The notes under the pieces were generated by a model. The model had not been told where the DNA came from. It saw only the letters and a program-made list of their open reading frames with translations, and ran no database searches. Both the position numbers and the translations under genes were made by a program. From Pelomyxa schiedti (lineage: Eukaryota; Protista; Evosea): a stretch of DNA of 64,000 nucleotides. The stretch covers positions 1 to 64,000 of the forward strand of contig JAHLWZ010000351.1 in NCBI GenBank assembly GCA_020536535.1, read 5' to 3'. How positions within the stretch are numbered: the first letter of the stretch is position 1; every line of letters starts with the position of its first letter. Shown one piece after another: positions 38,901 to 51,400 of the stretch.

Positions 38901-41900
38901 TATGACCTTTTCGTCATGTTGTTGTGAGGAGCGAACCTCTCGGATTTGCCTGACCCAGGACTCAACTTGCGCGACAACATCAGTTGTCGAAAGAGATTCA
39001 GTGAGTTTGGTGATCAGAGCAGAGCCCGTAATGCTTTGAAATGTGGGATGAGTTACAGATGGAGATGCAGATGTCCCAATGGGGCCAACGTGAGAAAGAT
39101 TGATGACAATAAGGAGCACCGAGTCAGAACCTGCACATGCAGAAAGGGAGAGGTGGTCAAGACTAGTTATAAGCTTAGGAGGGTAGTAATTCTACTTCTG
39201 TTGGGGATTTTTTTTTTTTTTTTGAAAAAAAGTGTAAGTGAAGGATGAAGAAACTTGGAAAAATCATACAAAAAAAGCTGAGGAATTACTTCAAAACTGT
39301 AACTTGTGCCTAACTTCAGAGTTAAGAAAAGTTGCTTGGTATCGACAGCACACTTAAATCCCAGACAGTCCAATCTGAAGCCCCAGTACTGCTTCCTGAC
39401 TTCTTGGATTTCTTTCTTAGTTTGTTGGAAGCACGTGTGAGGGCAGATGTGATTTCCAAATGCCCTGAATCATCAGCACCCAGGACAAGTACTTTGTGCT
39501 TGCGCCATTGAATTGGAGGAGAAAGGTCACCAAATTGGAGGAAGCGTTTCACATCGCACCACGAGGCACATTTCACACTTGATGTTGTTGGAAGATTGAT
39601 TGTGGGAGGAGGAAATGAAACCTTGCTGGGAGTGAGGAAAGTGGGTTCCCAGAGAAATTTACAGACTCCATTTTGTGCAAGGAAGAAGGCAAGTATTCCA
39701 GATAATTTCCTCTTAGATCCAAACTACGGCACCTCAACTCACCAATCAATTTGTGAGGCAAATCACGCAATCCAAGATTGGCCCAATTTACATCCGAGTT
39801 AGACAGAAGATTTGATAGGCAGAGCAATTCTATCGCGTCCCAATTTCTCCATTTCATCCAACAGCGTGAAAACCCCAGCAATGCTTTGTAGCACGTCCCA
39901 TGGGATGAAGACTTCAACAATTTGAGGAGGTGTCGTGCTTCTTGATGCACAAACCAGTCGGCTGAAATTGCCCGTTTTCGGATGAGCAACTCTATGACTT
40001 GATCAGGCGAAGCATAATTGCTGAGAAAGGCCTGGGCAATGAAGTGCCGTGTCTCCCAAGACGGGAATAAGCTTGATGTCGCCGCTGTTGACTTCTGTGG
40101 CACAACTGAATGTGTCTCTGCAACAGTTTCTTTATGAGCATGGGAGGTTGCCATCGTAGCAACAAAATGTACTCGATGTTTCAATGCATAATTGAGCACT
40201 ATGCACAGTTCCTGTGTCGGTGATGTTTTTTGCGCTAGTGGCGGATTTTGAATAGATCCATCTGGGTGCAAACACAATTGAACGGCTTGGCGGATAGAAG
40301 CGTGCATATTACGAGCGCTATTGACACTAAGATCGATTTCCAATTTGGCAAGGACGGCTTCGCAGGAACCTTTATTTCTTGCAACCATTTCTTTAACTTC
40401 TCTGGTTGCTGTATGGAGGCAACAGTTAGTAGGGGTATATGGCTGAAAAACTTAGATGACCCACAATTTAACTGAAGAAATGTAAGTGTTGAATTCGTTT
40501 CCAACAGAGTCTTGAAGTACACAGACCCCGCAGGATCAGAATTTTCATCTGTCCTAAGAAGTGAGATATTGATAGTATGGATGTGGCTATTGTATAAAAT
40601 ATGTGCATGCAAACCAAGATATAAGCTGCCCAATGTGTCGTTGGTCTGCAGCCCATTGGCCAAGCACTCAAGTGAACGAAGAGTTGAAATATTTCCTATC
40701 CCACAGAACAATGTTAGACTAGAACTGTTTCAATGGTCATGGTACCAGAGAGATTGAGTTCGAATAAAGTATTGTTATGTGCCAACATGTCGGCCATAGC
40801 TAAGAGCCCTTTATCCTCGATTCCATTCTCTTTGTAAAAATAAATAAGTGAATCAACATCGAAGAAACCACTTGAAAGATTCAGCTTGGAAATGCTCGTG
40901 TTGATTAGAAGTGCCTCAGATAGACTGCAAGCACCTTGATCTTTGATATCATTCCCTTTTTTTTATAAGTGCTTTCGTTTTAGACCCTTAGTTCTACAAT
41001 ACAAATCCAAGACACATAGTATGTCGTTCACTTTTAAAAGTTCTGCAATGAAACTGGCTCCCTTGAAATCACACACATTGCCTATAAATGTATAGTTAAA
41101 AGGAGAAACTCTGTGCCCTCTGTTTTCTTACAAGATAGATTTAACTCGGTAACAGTGAAATTCTCCATCAAGGCTTCTGTTATATGCTTCATACCAAAAG
41201 AGTTGATATTGTTATCTGGTGTAATTGGTGGGTAAAGTGTAAGTCAAGTGTACTCTTACTTTGTAGTTTGATGGATTGGAGTTTTGACTTAGAAATCACA
41301 GATGCTATCTCAATACAAAAATCAGCAGGTGGCAAACTCCTGTTAGCTAAAAAAAAAAGTGTAAAAGTAAGGAGGAAAGAGAAAGATTCGTACAGGATCC
41401 CTCTTTAAGAGAAGAGAGGTCCAACTTCTTCAAGCGAGGCAGTGAGACCAACACTTGTGAAATTTCCTTGAACCCTTCCATTCCAAGATGGCTCCCTGAA
41501 TAGTGAAATTATGAGAAAAAACAAACCTACATACACGGATGAACTCACACCAACAATGCTCAAGTTGACAAGCTGAGAACCACAAAGGCCAGTGGATACC
41601 ATTCCAGCATGCGGTGACAACATGTAAACATCTATACAGTGATTCATATGAGTTCCCAACAAGTAGTACACAGAGTTGGGGGAAAAAAACACAAACCCAA
41701 ACGTACCAACAAAAAATAAGCCAAAAAGTGGGTGTGGCAGAGTTGAATTAGTACGAAGAGCACATCGTAGGTTCTCAGCCATTCCAGAGTTGAGGTTGTA
41801 ACCTTTCAAACTCGTTTAGAAAAAAAAAAAAAAAGGAAAAAAGAAAAAGAGAATCATAGGCAAAGCAAGCACCTTTCAGTGTTACTTCACGTGTATCACC

Positions 41901-41957
41901 CACGTTGATCTTGCTGACGAATTTGTTGAAGTCGTCGCCATGTCGACCGGTTGTCAT
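35962..41957 (-). CDS. Roco-family protein: LRRs, Roc, COR and TKL-type kinase; multi-exon
   Basis: N-terminal ribonuclease-inhibitor-like and typical LRRs (LDLRGNYLEYLP). Roc G3/G4 in VWDL and MGTHLE. COR motifs FLADSGMIIHF and VLIPLRLP. Kinase motifs GSFGKV, AVK, HSDLHPGN, DFG and APE. Start codon inferred. Confidence 0.85.
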
Positions 41958-42348
41958 TCTCTTCACGAGGATTAACGACCAAACGTGTCTCCTCGCGGGC
42001 GATCAGGAGTTTTTCGTGTTTAGGAGAAACAGGTAAAAAAAACCCTTTGTTTTTTTGCGAGGCCACTTTGGCAGTGTTGGCGGGAACCCGGGAAAACGGG
42101 AAGAGAATTTGGGCGGGTCCCGCTCCCGGGAAATGAGTGGGTCTTCCCGATCTGCTAGGGAAATCTCTTATTTTCTTTTCTGTTTACAAAGTCCTGAGGA
42201 ACAACGACGGCGAGGCAAAGGACAGAGTTGAGGAACCAGCTGACGCCCTCTCTTCCCGGGACTACCCGGGAAGCAAAAAAAAGTGTTTCCCGGCCAACAC
42301 TGCACTTTAGTGACGAGATACTACAAACCACACAGTAGGGAAGATACC

Positions 42349-45300
42349 TCAAGGAGCAGATGAGGCCACCAAGAGAGTGATTCTGTGAGCCAACTTGCAT
42401 ACGATGCCAATCGGAAGTGTCGGGAACAAATCCATAATGTCCCTTGCTTCCAGTTCAACAAATGCCCATCCCGGTGGCACCATGGTTTCACCAACACTAT
42501 TGTTGGAAGTTGCCGAGGGTGGTACTGCTGTTCCTTGTTGATGTGATTCAGGTGTGGATGTTGTGGCCGTGGCGGAAGTAGCTTTTGGAGCTGGTGATGC
42601 CGACTCCCCTGGATTGTGACTGCGGGGGACTAGTGCCTCTATTTGTTCTTTGAACCATTTCTCTACTTGTTGCGGTGTCCATTCAATAACAGCGGTACCT
42701 TGTTGTTGCGTTCCGCAGTCAGTTTTGTCGGCGGCCACTGGTGACGATTCCGCGGACACGGGGGGTGCGGTCGTGGTGGTGGCGGTTGCTGTTGCTGTGG
42801 GCGTGGATGCGGATGCGGAACCAATCACGTGGTGGCGAATGAAGTGGCGAAGTGCTTTGCGTGGGAGGAGCTCCCTGATTCCAAGTTGACTCAGGACTGC
42901 TTTGTCATCGGGGAGGTGGTTGAGGGCTTCACCATCCATCATATTCTTCATGAATAGTTTGCAAATTTCTTGTTCCTTGGCATCTGAACCTGTGATAGGA
43001 AAACCGAAAATGAAGGGCAATGAGGAGGGTGGTTGTTGGATGAGGGAAAGGGAAAGAGTTGGTATGTGTGAGGGACTTCATTTTGGTTTGCGATTTTAGT
43101 GTGTACGTATTGATTTGGTAACCTGGATTGCTTTCATGGGACCAGGAAAAGAGATTAATCTCAGGAATGACCAGCCCCGCCACCTCGGCGGTTGTCAGCC
43201 CCGCGAAATTCTTCTTGGCGAACAACGAGTTGATAGTTTCGTGATCTCTTCTTGCGGAATCGAGTTCCCTCTGAATGTCAGCCCTCTCGAGGCAGAGCCA
43301 CGTGAGAAACTCTCTGTGTGCACGTGACTGCACTACTGACTGGCGGAGCTTCTCTTCTGATTCCAACAGCGCATTCTTCAGGAGTTTCAGCTCTTCAACT
43401 GCGGCACCATGCAATTTCTTTGTTTCCTCTACCTGGGTCTTCGCACATTCTACTGATTTTCCCCCTTCAGATACATTTCGCAAACTTTTCAAGGCTGAAG
43501 AGAGGGAGTGAATGAATGAAGGAAACTGCTCTTCAGCCAGCTTCGATACAATCCCCAAGGCCTGATTCAGTAAGATGATGTTGTTCGACGGGCAATGAAG
43601 ATCTTTCTTTTCCTTTTCCTTGTGAGTGTCCATATATTAGATGAGAGGAAGTAGTACCATTCCAGAATAAATGCTATCACATTGAGGAACCGACATCACG
43701 TTCTCATCTATGCACGAAATTGCAGTCGTGGTTTTTTTTGCTGTGCTTAGAAGGAACCCTTCCAGGGAATCACAGGAACTGGAAGTTGAAGTGCAACAAA
43801 TTGCCGGTTTTGAGGATGCATTTGGAACGATTTGTGCAATTGCGCAAAGAGGTGGTGTCACTTCAGCTGCAGCAAGAACAGAAGCCCCATTAGAATTGAC
43901 GATTTCATGAAGGTTTTCGTTCAGTTGCTCCCAGGTCACCCTGCTGATTGCCTGAAGCACCATTTCTTTGGGGTTTTGTTCTTGTGTTGATAGTAGCTCA
44001 CGGGTGGCAGTGGGGATGTCACGTACTTCTGGCTGTTTCAATGCCCGTTCAATGTGTCCATTAGGATCCTGTGACGCAGTCTTGCTCGTCGAAGCAGTTC
44101 CATCGTTGGGGGCTCCGTTGTTGCAATTTGGATCAGTTCCTTTTCGAAAGCACTCTGATTTCAAAATGGATATTTTCGTTGAAAGGCGCCTGAGATCTCC
44201 AATTGCAGTCAACCCAAGGGATTTCAAATCACCGTGTGTGAGGTGTACAAACGCCCATCCAGGCATCAAGAACCGTGATTTGGATGTTCCAGGGAGGGTA
44301 GTTTCCTTCAGGAGTTGGCCAAACCCTTCCTTTGCCAACCACTCCCCAACTTGATCTTCCGTCCACGACAATGCTGTGTGGTTGTTGTTGCAGTTCCAGA
44401 GCGGCGGGATGATTCCAAACACTTTGACGCTCTCAACGACGTGGAAAATGGCCTTTCTGTGCAACAAATTTGTGAGGCCGAGATCCACCATGTCCTCGTT
44501 CGTGAGTTGTTCAAGTGCCTCCCCGTTCACGTTGTTACTCAAAAGTTTCTGACGCAGTTCATCCTCCCTCTCTTTGCCCTCTGCGACGTCATTGCCGCTA
44601 TTGGCACAACTCGGTTGGTGGTATGATGGCATGAAGAGGTGCAGCTCAGGGATGAGAAGGTTCGCAACCTCCTCTGCCGACAATGCCTGGAGTGTCTGGG
44701 TTGATGCAACCTGGGTCAGTTTGTTCAGTTGGGTTTGAGCCATTCCCAGACCTCTTTTGATAGCATCTTTCTCTTTGTCCAACCACCAGATGATCTGTGC
44801 ACAGGATCTTGCAGATCCCATGGCTCGCTTCAATTCTTGTGTGGCCTGATTGTCAAAGTCTTTCATTTGATTTTCGAGGGTGGTGACTTTGGTTTGGGTG
44901 TCTGTGAGCTTGGTGGCGGCAATAATGGTCCCAGCGGAATCTCTCTGAGCAGTTTCCTTGGCACCTTGGCAGTGCTTTTTGGCCACCTCCAACCACGCAC
45001 CGAGGATTTGAAATGCAAAAGAGAGTGCAGAGAACCTCTTGGAGGGTCTTTTCATCACCTGATCTCTCACTTCACAAATGGAATTCTGTGGGTTTTGTGA
45101 GAAATGCACCAGGATAAGAAAGGCCAAACCAGTTTTGAAAGTATCCTTGGGGTTTGCTGCTGTCGTCTCAGGTGGTCTGTGATTGATTGATGTATTTCTG
45201 CGTTGACTGCATCCTTGACAGTGGTTGGAATTTCTCCACTCTGTACCAGGCACAAGCAACAAGTTGACTTTCTCGGCAGTGGTGTTTCTCCATCGCCAAA

Positions 45301-46470
45301 TAATGGTGGGTCTGTCGTTATGCCACCCAGCAGTCCAGCATTAACTGCTGTGGTTGATATGCTCAGAAGTGCCTTCACCAACGGTGACGTGTTGCCTTCA
45401 AGTGAACTCTGGAACTTTTGTGGGGGGGCAGCACCACAACAAACCAGCAGGTCCACGACACTTTTCTGGCTCCGTGATCCAGCAATGGCGAGTGGCGTGG
45501 AACCATTGGATCTTGCCTTGTTCACGTCCGCGTTTCCCTTGGTGACGAGGAACTCAACAACGTTGATGTGGCCATTCTGACTGGCAACGTACAGCGGTGT
45601 GGCACCAATGTCGGATCTTGCCTTGTTCACGTCCGCGTTTCCCTTGGTGACGAGCAACTCAACAACGTTGATGTGGCCATTCTGACTGGCCACGAACAGC
45701 GGTGTGGAACCTGTGTCGGATCTTGCCTTGTTCACGTCTGTGTTTCCCTTGGTGACGAGCAACTCAACAACGTTGATGTGGCCATTCTGACTGGCAACGT
45801 ACAGCGGCGTGGAACCTGTGTAGGATCTTGCCTTGTTCACGTCTGCGTTTCCCTTGGTGACGAGCAACTCAACAACATTGATGTGGCCTTTCTCACTGGC
45901 AACGTACAGCGGCGTGGCACCAATGTCGGATCTTGCCTTGTTCACGTCCGCGTTTCCCTTGGTGACGAGGAACTCAACAACGTTGATGTGGCCATTCTGA
46001 CTGGCAACGTACAGTGGCGTGGTACCATCGTCGGATTTTGCCTTGTTCACGTCTGCGTTTCCCTTGGTGACGAGGAACTCAACAACGTTGATGTGGCCAT
46101 TCTCACTGGCAACGAACAGCGGTGTGGAACCTGTGTCGGATCTTGCCTTGTTCACGTCTGCGTTTCCCTTGGTGACGAGCAACTCAACAACATTGATGTG
46201 GTTGTTTTCGCTAGCCCTGAACAGCGCGGTGAGACCCGCCTGTTTCCCATCACACATTTTGGTTTGCGCATACGCATCGACCACATCCGACATGGACGCG
46301 GTGCCGAGGTCACCACACCGCGCATTGGTTGGTGTGGTCGTCGTGGTGCCAGGTCGCGACACCCGTGCCCCTGTGGTGTCGAGGGACTGCAAGATCTCCC
46401 CAACTGTCTTGGCGTCGCCTCTCGTAGACGCGTCCCACAGCAACTTGGCTGCAGCCGAAGCATCGCCCAT
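42349..46470 (-). CDS. Ankyrin-repeat, coiled-coil and multi-SAM-domain protein
   Basis: 7-8 ankyrin repeats, then two copies of a coiled coil plus SAM-SAM module (WTEDQVGEWL, GEALEQL, PGWAFV). An inferred 39-nt intron (43619-43657) links the ORFs in frame. Confidence 0.75.
45495..46237 (-). repeat. Coding tandem array of seven near-identical 105-bp units (35-aa ankyrin repeats)
   Basis: The motif ggtgacgag recurs at 45541, 45646, 45751, 45856, 45961, 46066 and 46171, an exact 105-bp period. Confidence 0.97.
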
Positions 46471-46520
46471 TTTACGTTAAAGGATCGAAAAAAAGGTTCG
46501 TATCTTGGAAAAATATTCCC

Positions 46521-48118
46521 TCACCACTGCATCCTTGCGTAAGCCATTGTCCTCTCCCTGAAGTTGTACGAGTAGCACACGTGGGCAGTCCTGGGCTCAG
46601 TTACGCTCTGCACGATGGCCGGGTACTCATAGGTCCCAACACAGTCGGTCTCGATGTCCACCACGTGCTCCCACGTGGCACCCCAATCTCCGCTGTGCGC
46701 CAGTGTCAGAGGGCACCGTCGGTACGTGCTGTTGTTCATCATCAGCAGGAATCCAAGGTCCGATCCTGATCCGTACATGCGGACCCCATCGATCCCTATT
46801 ATGGGGTGGGATTTGGTTGGTAAGGTGAACGTGGGCTCGAGAAACCATACCGGCTCCAGGATTTGAAAGGTTGGTGGGGCTGGCATATCGGGGCCAAGTA
46901 ATCCCATAATCGGAACTCGAAGACTGTGCGAGGTAATTACAACTGCTCCGCATCAGTGCCAACATCTGTTAAACTGGAATGTGAGATTCTTTTTTTTTTT
47001 TTTTGATTTTTGAAGGTATTGGTTTTTATTCATATCCTTTTAAGGTTATGGATTGGTACCTGCCCAGGAGTATCAAGTTCAAATAGAGTAGGCTGAATTA
47101 CACCTCTGCAGTAGTGGTCATTCTCACTAAACATGGCAATGTCATTGCTTCTCTGCCAGTTTACTAATATGCATTAGTATACGAAAGTAAGACATAATTT
47201 TCGCACCCCACTGCTGATCAGTGGTTTCCATGTGTGACTGCCACACACCTGCAATTTTGTATCAGGGCTAATGTTAAAGAACTTGAGTCTTAAATAACAG
47301 CGTTTTGTTGTACCTATGAGATTATCTATTTCTCCGGATTCAGTGGATGAAGGGCATAATACTTTATTGTTGCTCAGAGTGATGCACTTATTTTTGATTC
47401 CAGCTAGGAATCTAGTGAAACAATTAATGAAAATAAAAAGTCTCTTGAAATGCACCCGTCAGCCAAGTAGGTTATGTTTGACCAGGTGATTCCACCGTCC
47501 ACTGAGGATACATATGCCCCTGACCATGTTGCGGGATCACATTTATCTGTGGGTGTAAATGGGTGAGTCTTAAAGAAAAGAGTCGTACTTGGATTGGGAT
47601 TGATCAATGAATCGCTTCCATAGTGGAAATCAAGAAAAAGTGTTCCATCATCATTTAGAAAGAGGGACGGATTCCTGCTATCCTTAGAATGACATCGAGT
47701 GCATTTGTGCTCACATGTTACAAACTCCGGGTATTTTTACAGCCTCTTCAACATCGGACCACACTCCTGATGAAGGATCTCTCCTTGATGTATATATTGC
47801 AACATCCTCTGCATCTTCGGAGGACTTGAAAGAAAAGGGTTAAGGAAAGGGCAAAAATGGTATGCATAACGATACCCCAGCATGAAAGACCACAACAATA
47901 GTCCCATCATGAAGCTCTTGCAAAGAACAAGCATGGCTTATATTACTTTAACACCAAAAAACAAAAAAAAAACTCGGGAATCACACATACCAGTATGGGA
48001 AAGTACCCATTGGTAGTATGAGCTCGTAGTTGACTGAGGGAATCGCGATTCCGTGTGCAAACAAAAGACACCATCCCACAATCACCACAACCGACTTCCA
48101 CCCTCCACTGCTCATCAT
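46521..48118 (-). CDS. Secreted BNR/Asp-box beta-propeller, exo-alpha-sialidase-like (BNR_2 type)
   Basis: Signal peptide MMSSGGWKSVVVIVGWCLLFAHG. Family-like segments CHACSLQELHDG, RNPSLF, RCPLTLAHS and YEYPAIVQ. Asp boxes SVDGGITW and SGDWGATW. Confidence 0.75.
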
Positions 48119-48455
48119 GATGACCTTTGGCCGTTCAAACGTCCCAGGCGCACCCAAAAATTCTTGCGTATGAAAAAGGATCGCTGATGGCGAAACCTCG
48201 TGGAAGTTGATCGATTGATGAGTGGGTGTGGGGGTGTGAAGTGCAACACGTGCGGCCTGGTGTTGTGTGGACTGAGTGAGGTGATGTTCTACACCACTGA
48301 CGGTAATTCTTGGCATCTGATATCTCATCCCAGTGCCCCCATCGCGTTCTCTGCTGCCTCGTGCGTAACATTTTTTTTGGTTTTTCCCCTTTTGCTGTAG
48401 TTGGTATTAGCTTGTTATTTTTGTGATTTGGAGTAATTGGGGTGTGAAAAGGAAT

Positions 48456-51400
48456 ATGGGGACGAATGGAGGTGATGTGAACAGGCCGGGAATGGCTCAG
48501 ACTGTGACGTTTGTTGAGAATCCAAATAAACGCAAGAGGAAGCAATCTCCACTCAAGATACTATGCAAGGGGTGCAGTCGTGATGTGGGCAATTTCATCT
48601 ACCTCGGGCCTGAGGCTGTGCCGCTAGTGGCTTGCTTTGACTCTGAGTCATGCAGCCTTATTCATCCCGACGGCTATCGTGAGTTGGCATCTAAATCAAA
48701 ATGGGGCATGATCATGAAATCAGCCAGATTTCCTAAGATTGTCAGTGTTGACATGACTTCTCTATCTGCTCTAGTCACTGGTACTCTGCGTTCCACTGGT
48801 GCCATTGACCACCAAGAATTGCCATTGGTGCGTGAAACTTTTGAGAATGAAAGTGGGGAGGGAGCATTTAATCCCTGCTCGTACACTGTCACTCGCCCGC
48901 GCCTGTATCAGATGGAATTAGCTCTGCAAGCTCTCCGAGGAAACTCCATCATATATCTCCCAACAGGTACTTCTTTCCCCAGGACTTTTGCAATAGCATC
49001 ATGACTTTTCCGCAGGTACTGGAAAAACGTTAATTGCGGTTATTGTCATGAGACACATGCTTACATTGAACCCTGATAAGAGGTTGGCTTTCATTGTTGA
49101 CCGAATACCTCTAGTCTACCAGCAAGTACTGGCTCTTCACAATTCTCCTTTGATTCTAAGGCATATTTAGGAAGAATATTTTTGCCGAGAATCTTCGATC
49201 AAGTCGACAACGTTGACACTTTCAAGTGCAACACCTCAAAAAGTTCAGAATAGCACTAAGTTCATTTTCTCTACAGCCCAGATTTTTTTAAACATGCTGC
49301 AGTATGACTGCCACAAAATACTGTGTTATTTTAATTCTTTGTAGCTCGGACACCATCAGATTATCCGATTTTTCCCTGATTATTTTCGATGAGGCCCATC
49401 ATGCCAAGGGAAATCATCCGTACACACGCATACTTGATAGATTTGGACCCGTACCATTGCACCTACGTCCGCTTATTTTAGGGCTCACAGCATCTCCTGT
49501 TGAAGACCGCACACTTGAAGGGACAATTGAGTCACTTCTGAGTCTGAAAAAAGTCTTCTTTGCAGACAGGATAGTCACTGCACAAGTGTTCCGATCAAAT
49601 CTTGATGACCTCACAAAGCACACAGATTGTTCTTTTTTCTATACATTACCAAGTGAGGTTGGTTGCAAGAAGTTCAGTTCCTGTGTGCTGATATTCCGAA
49701 AAGGATGAAAACAGGTTGCACATAGAACTCGAGAGAGCAATGAATTATGTGGTAAGCAGTAACTTTGAGCTGCAAAGATACAAACCCGACAACCTCCTGT
49801 CATTTATCGAGATCAGGCGACTAGATGCTGTTCTGGACAAAGTGGTTACCGATCCCCAGTGGATAGCTTCAAATATATCTGCTGACCTCCTGGTTCAATT
49901 ACAGTTTATGAAACAGTTGTGCACCGCAGCTGAAGTCAATAGTGTGCTTGGGCCAGCAAGAGCCATTAAATTTTTACAGCTCAATACTGACGAAACATTC
50001 CGAGGCCTTGTCGCTAGTGCATTCTCAAGGGTAATTACAACTGGTCACTCTGCCAAACTCACAGCTCTTGTACGTGCCGTTGAGGAAACGATAAAGCAAA
50101 AGGGGTTCATTGATGTAAGAGTCTTGGTATTTGTGAATACCAGAAAAACAGCTAGATGGTTGTTCAGCATTCTGGAATCAGAGATACCCTCACTTGCACC
50201 ATTGCGTGCTAGCTTGTGTGTGGGCCATGGAGGTGTCGATGGAATGGAATGGTTTGGCGAACAAGAACAAGTTCTACAGAAATTTAGACTTGGCACATGC
50301 AAGCTACTAGTTGCCACTTCTGTTGTGGAGGTTCCTTCCCACTTTTCCTGTTGTGAGTTCTCTAACCTAATAAGGAAGGACTTGATGTCCCTGCTTGTTC
50401 TCTTGTCATACGCTTCGATCCTTCCCGGAGTTTCATTTCCTTTGTCCAAAGTAGGGGAAGAGCACGATGTTCCAAGAGCCAGTTTATCGTTATTTGTGAT
50501 GCACGTGTAGAGGCTCACCGAAGTATTGAGATTTTCCAAAGTGGGTGTATCACTTCCAGATTCTACCCCACTTGTAACGCAACACAGGAAACCTGGATAA
50601 TGCATCAGAAATACTGTGCCCAGACGATTGCACTATAAGGGAGCTCTGTTCTCGATTTGTAAATCCTAGCTTCAGCACCCCTACTTCTACTACTGTGGTA
50701 ACAGCACAGTCATCCCCGCAACGACCTATTTCACATTTAGAAGCCATCACATCCACCGACCTCTCTCACAGTACTAGGAATACCTCCTCCCTCAGCATTG
50801 GCTTTTGTTTGCAATCCAAGAGTAATGATGAAGCAGATATTTGTGCACACTTTTCTGCTGTTGGAGCAGTAGTTGCACGAAAGGAGAACCTACCTCCTCT
50901 TCTATTATTGGACGTTGGTAACCAATCCCCGTTTGGAGTTTACCAGCAACTCATCAGGTTTATGGCAGTTTCCTTGCCTTTTTCTTCTAACCTCTGAACT
51001 CTGCAGGAATCCTTCACTCATGCATCTGCACAATCAGGCTATTTGGATGCGAAGACCTCACTTCAGGGTTCACACACGCTCCACTGAGGGAGTACAGTTA
51101 CCAATAATGTCAATAGATTTTGGAGTTTTTGACAAACTCAGTGCTGTATTCTCACCTATCACATCGTGGGAAGTCAATGGAATTTCCTCTTTTGCAGGTG
51201 TGGAGATGTTGGTCACACTGAATACTACCTCCACCAGTCAGACCACTTTACATTTTACGCCTCTTGGTTTGAATGATTGTGTGATCTTTTCACACCAACT
51301 CGATTCAGAAGCGGGCTTCTTGTTTGTTCATCTACCCCTTCGTCACTGCCCCTTAATGGTAGATTCCGAAGGAAGACGCTCAGCAGGAAATGAACTCCCC

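Noticed and set aside
45495-46237. CRISPR-like or satellite array
   Set aside because: The units are contiguous, in frame and coding, with no unique spacers.
45568-46542. 324-aa plus-strand repetitive ORF
   Set aside because: Antisense shadow of the ankyrin tandem array.
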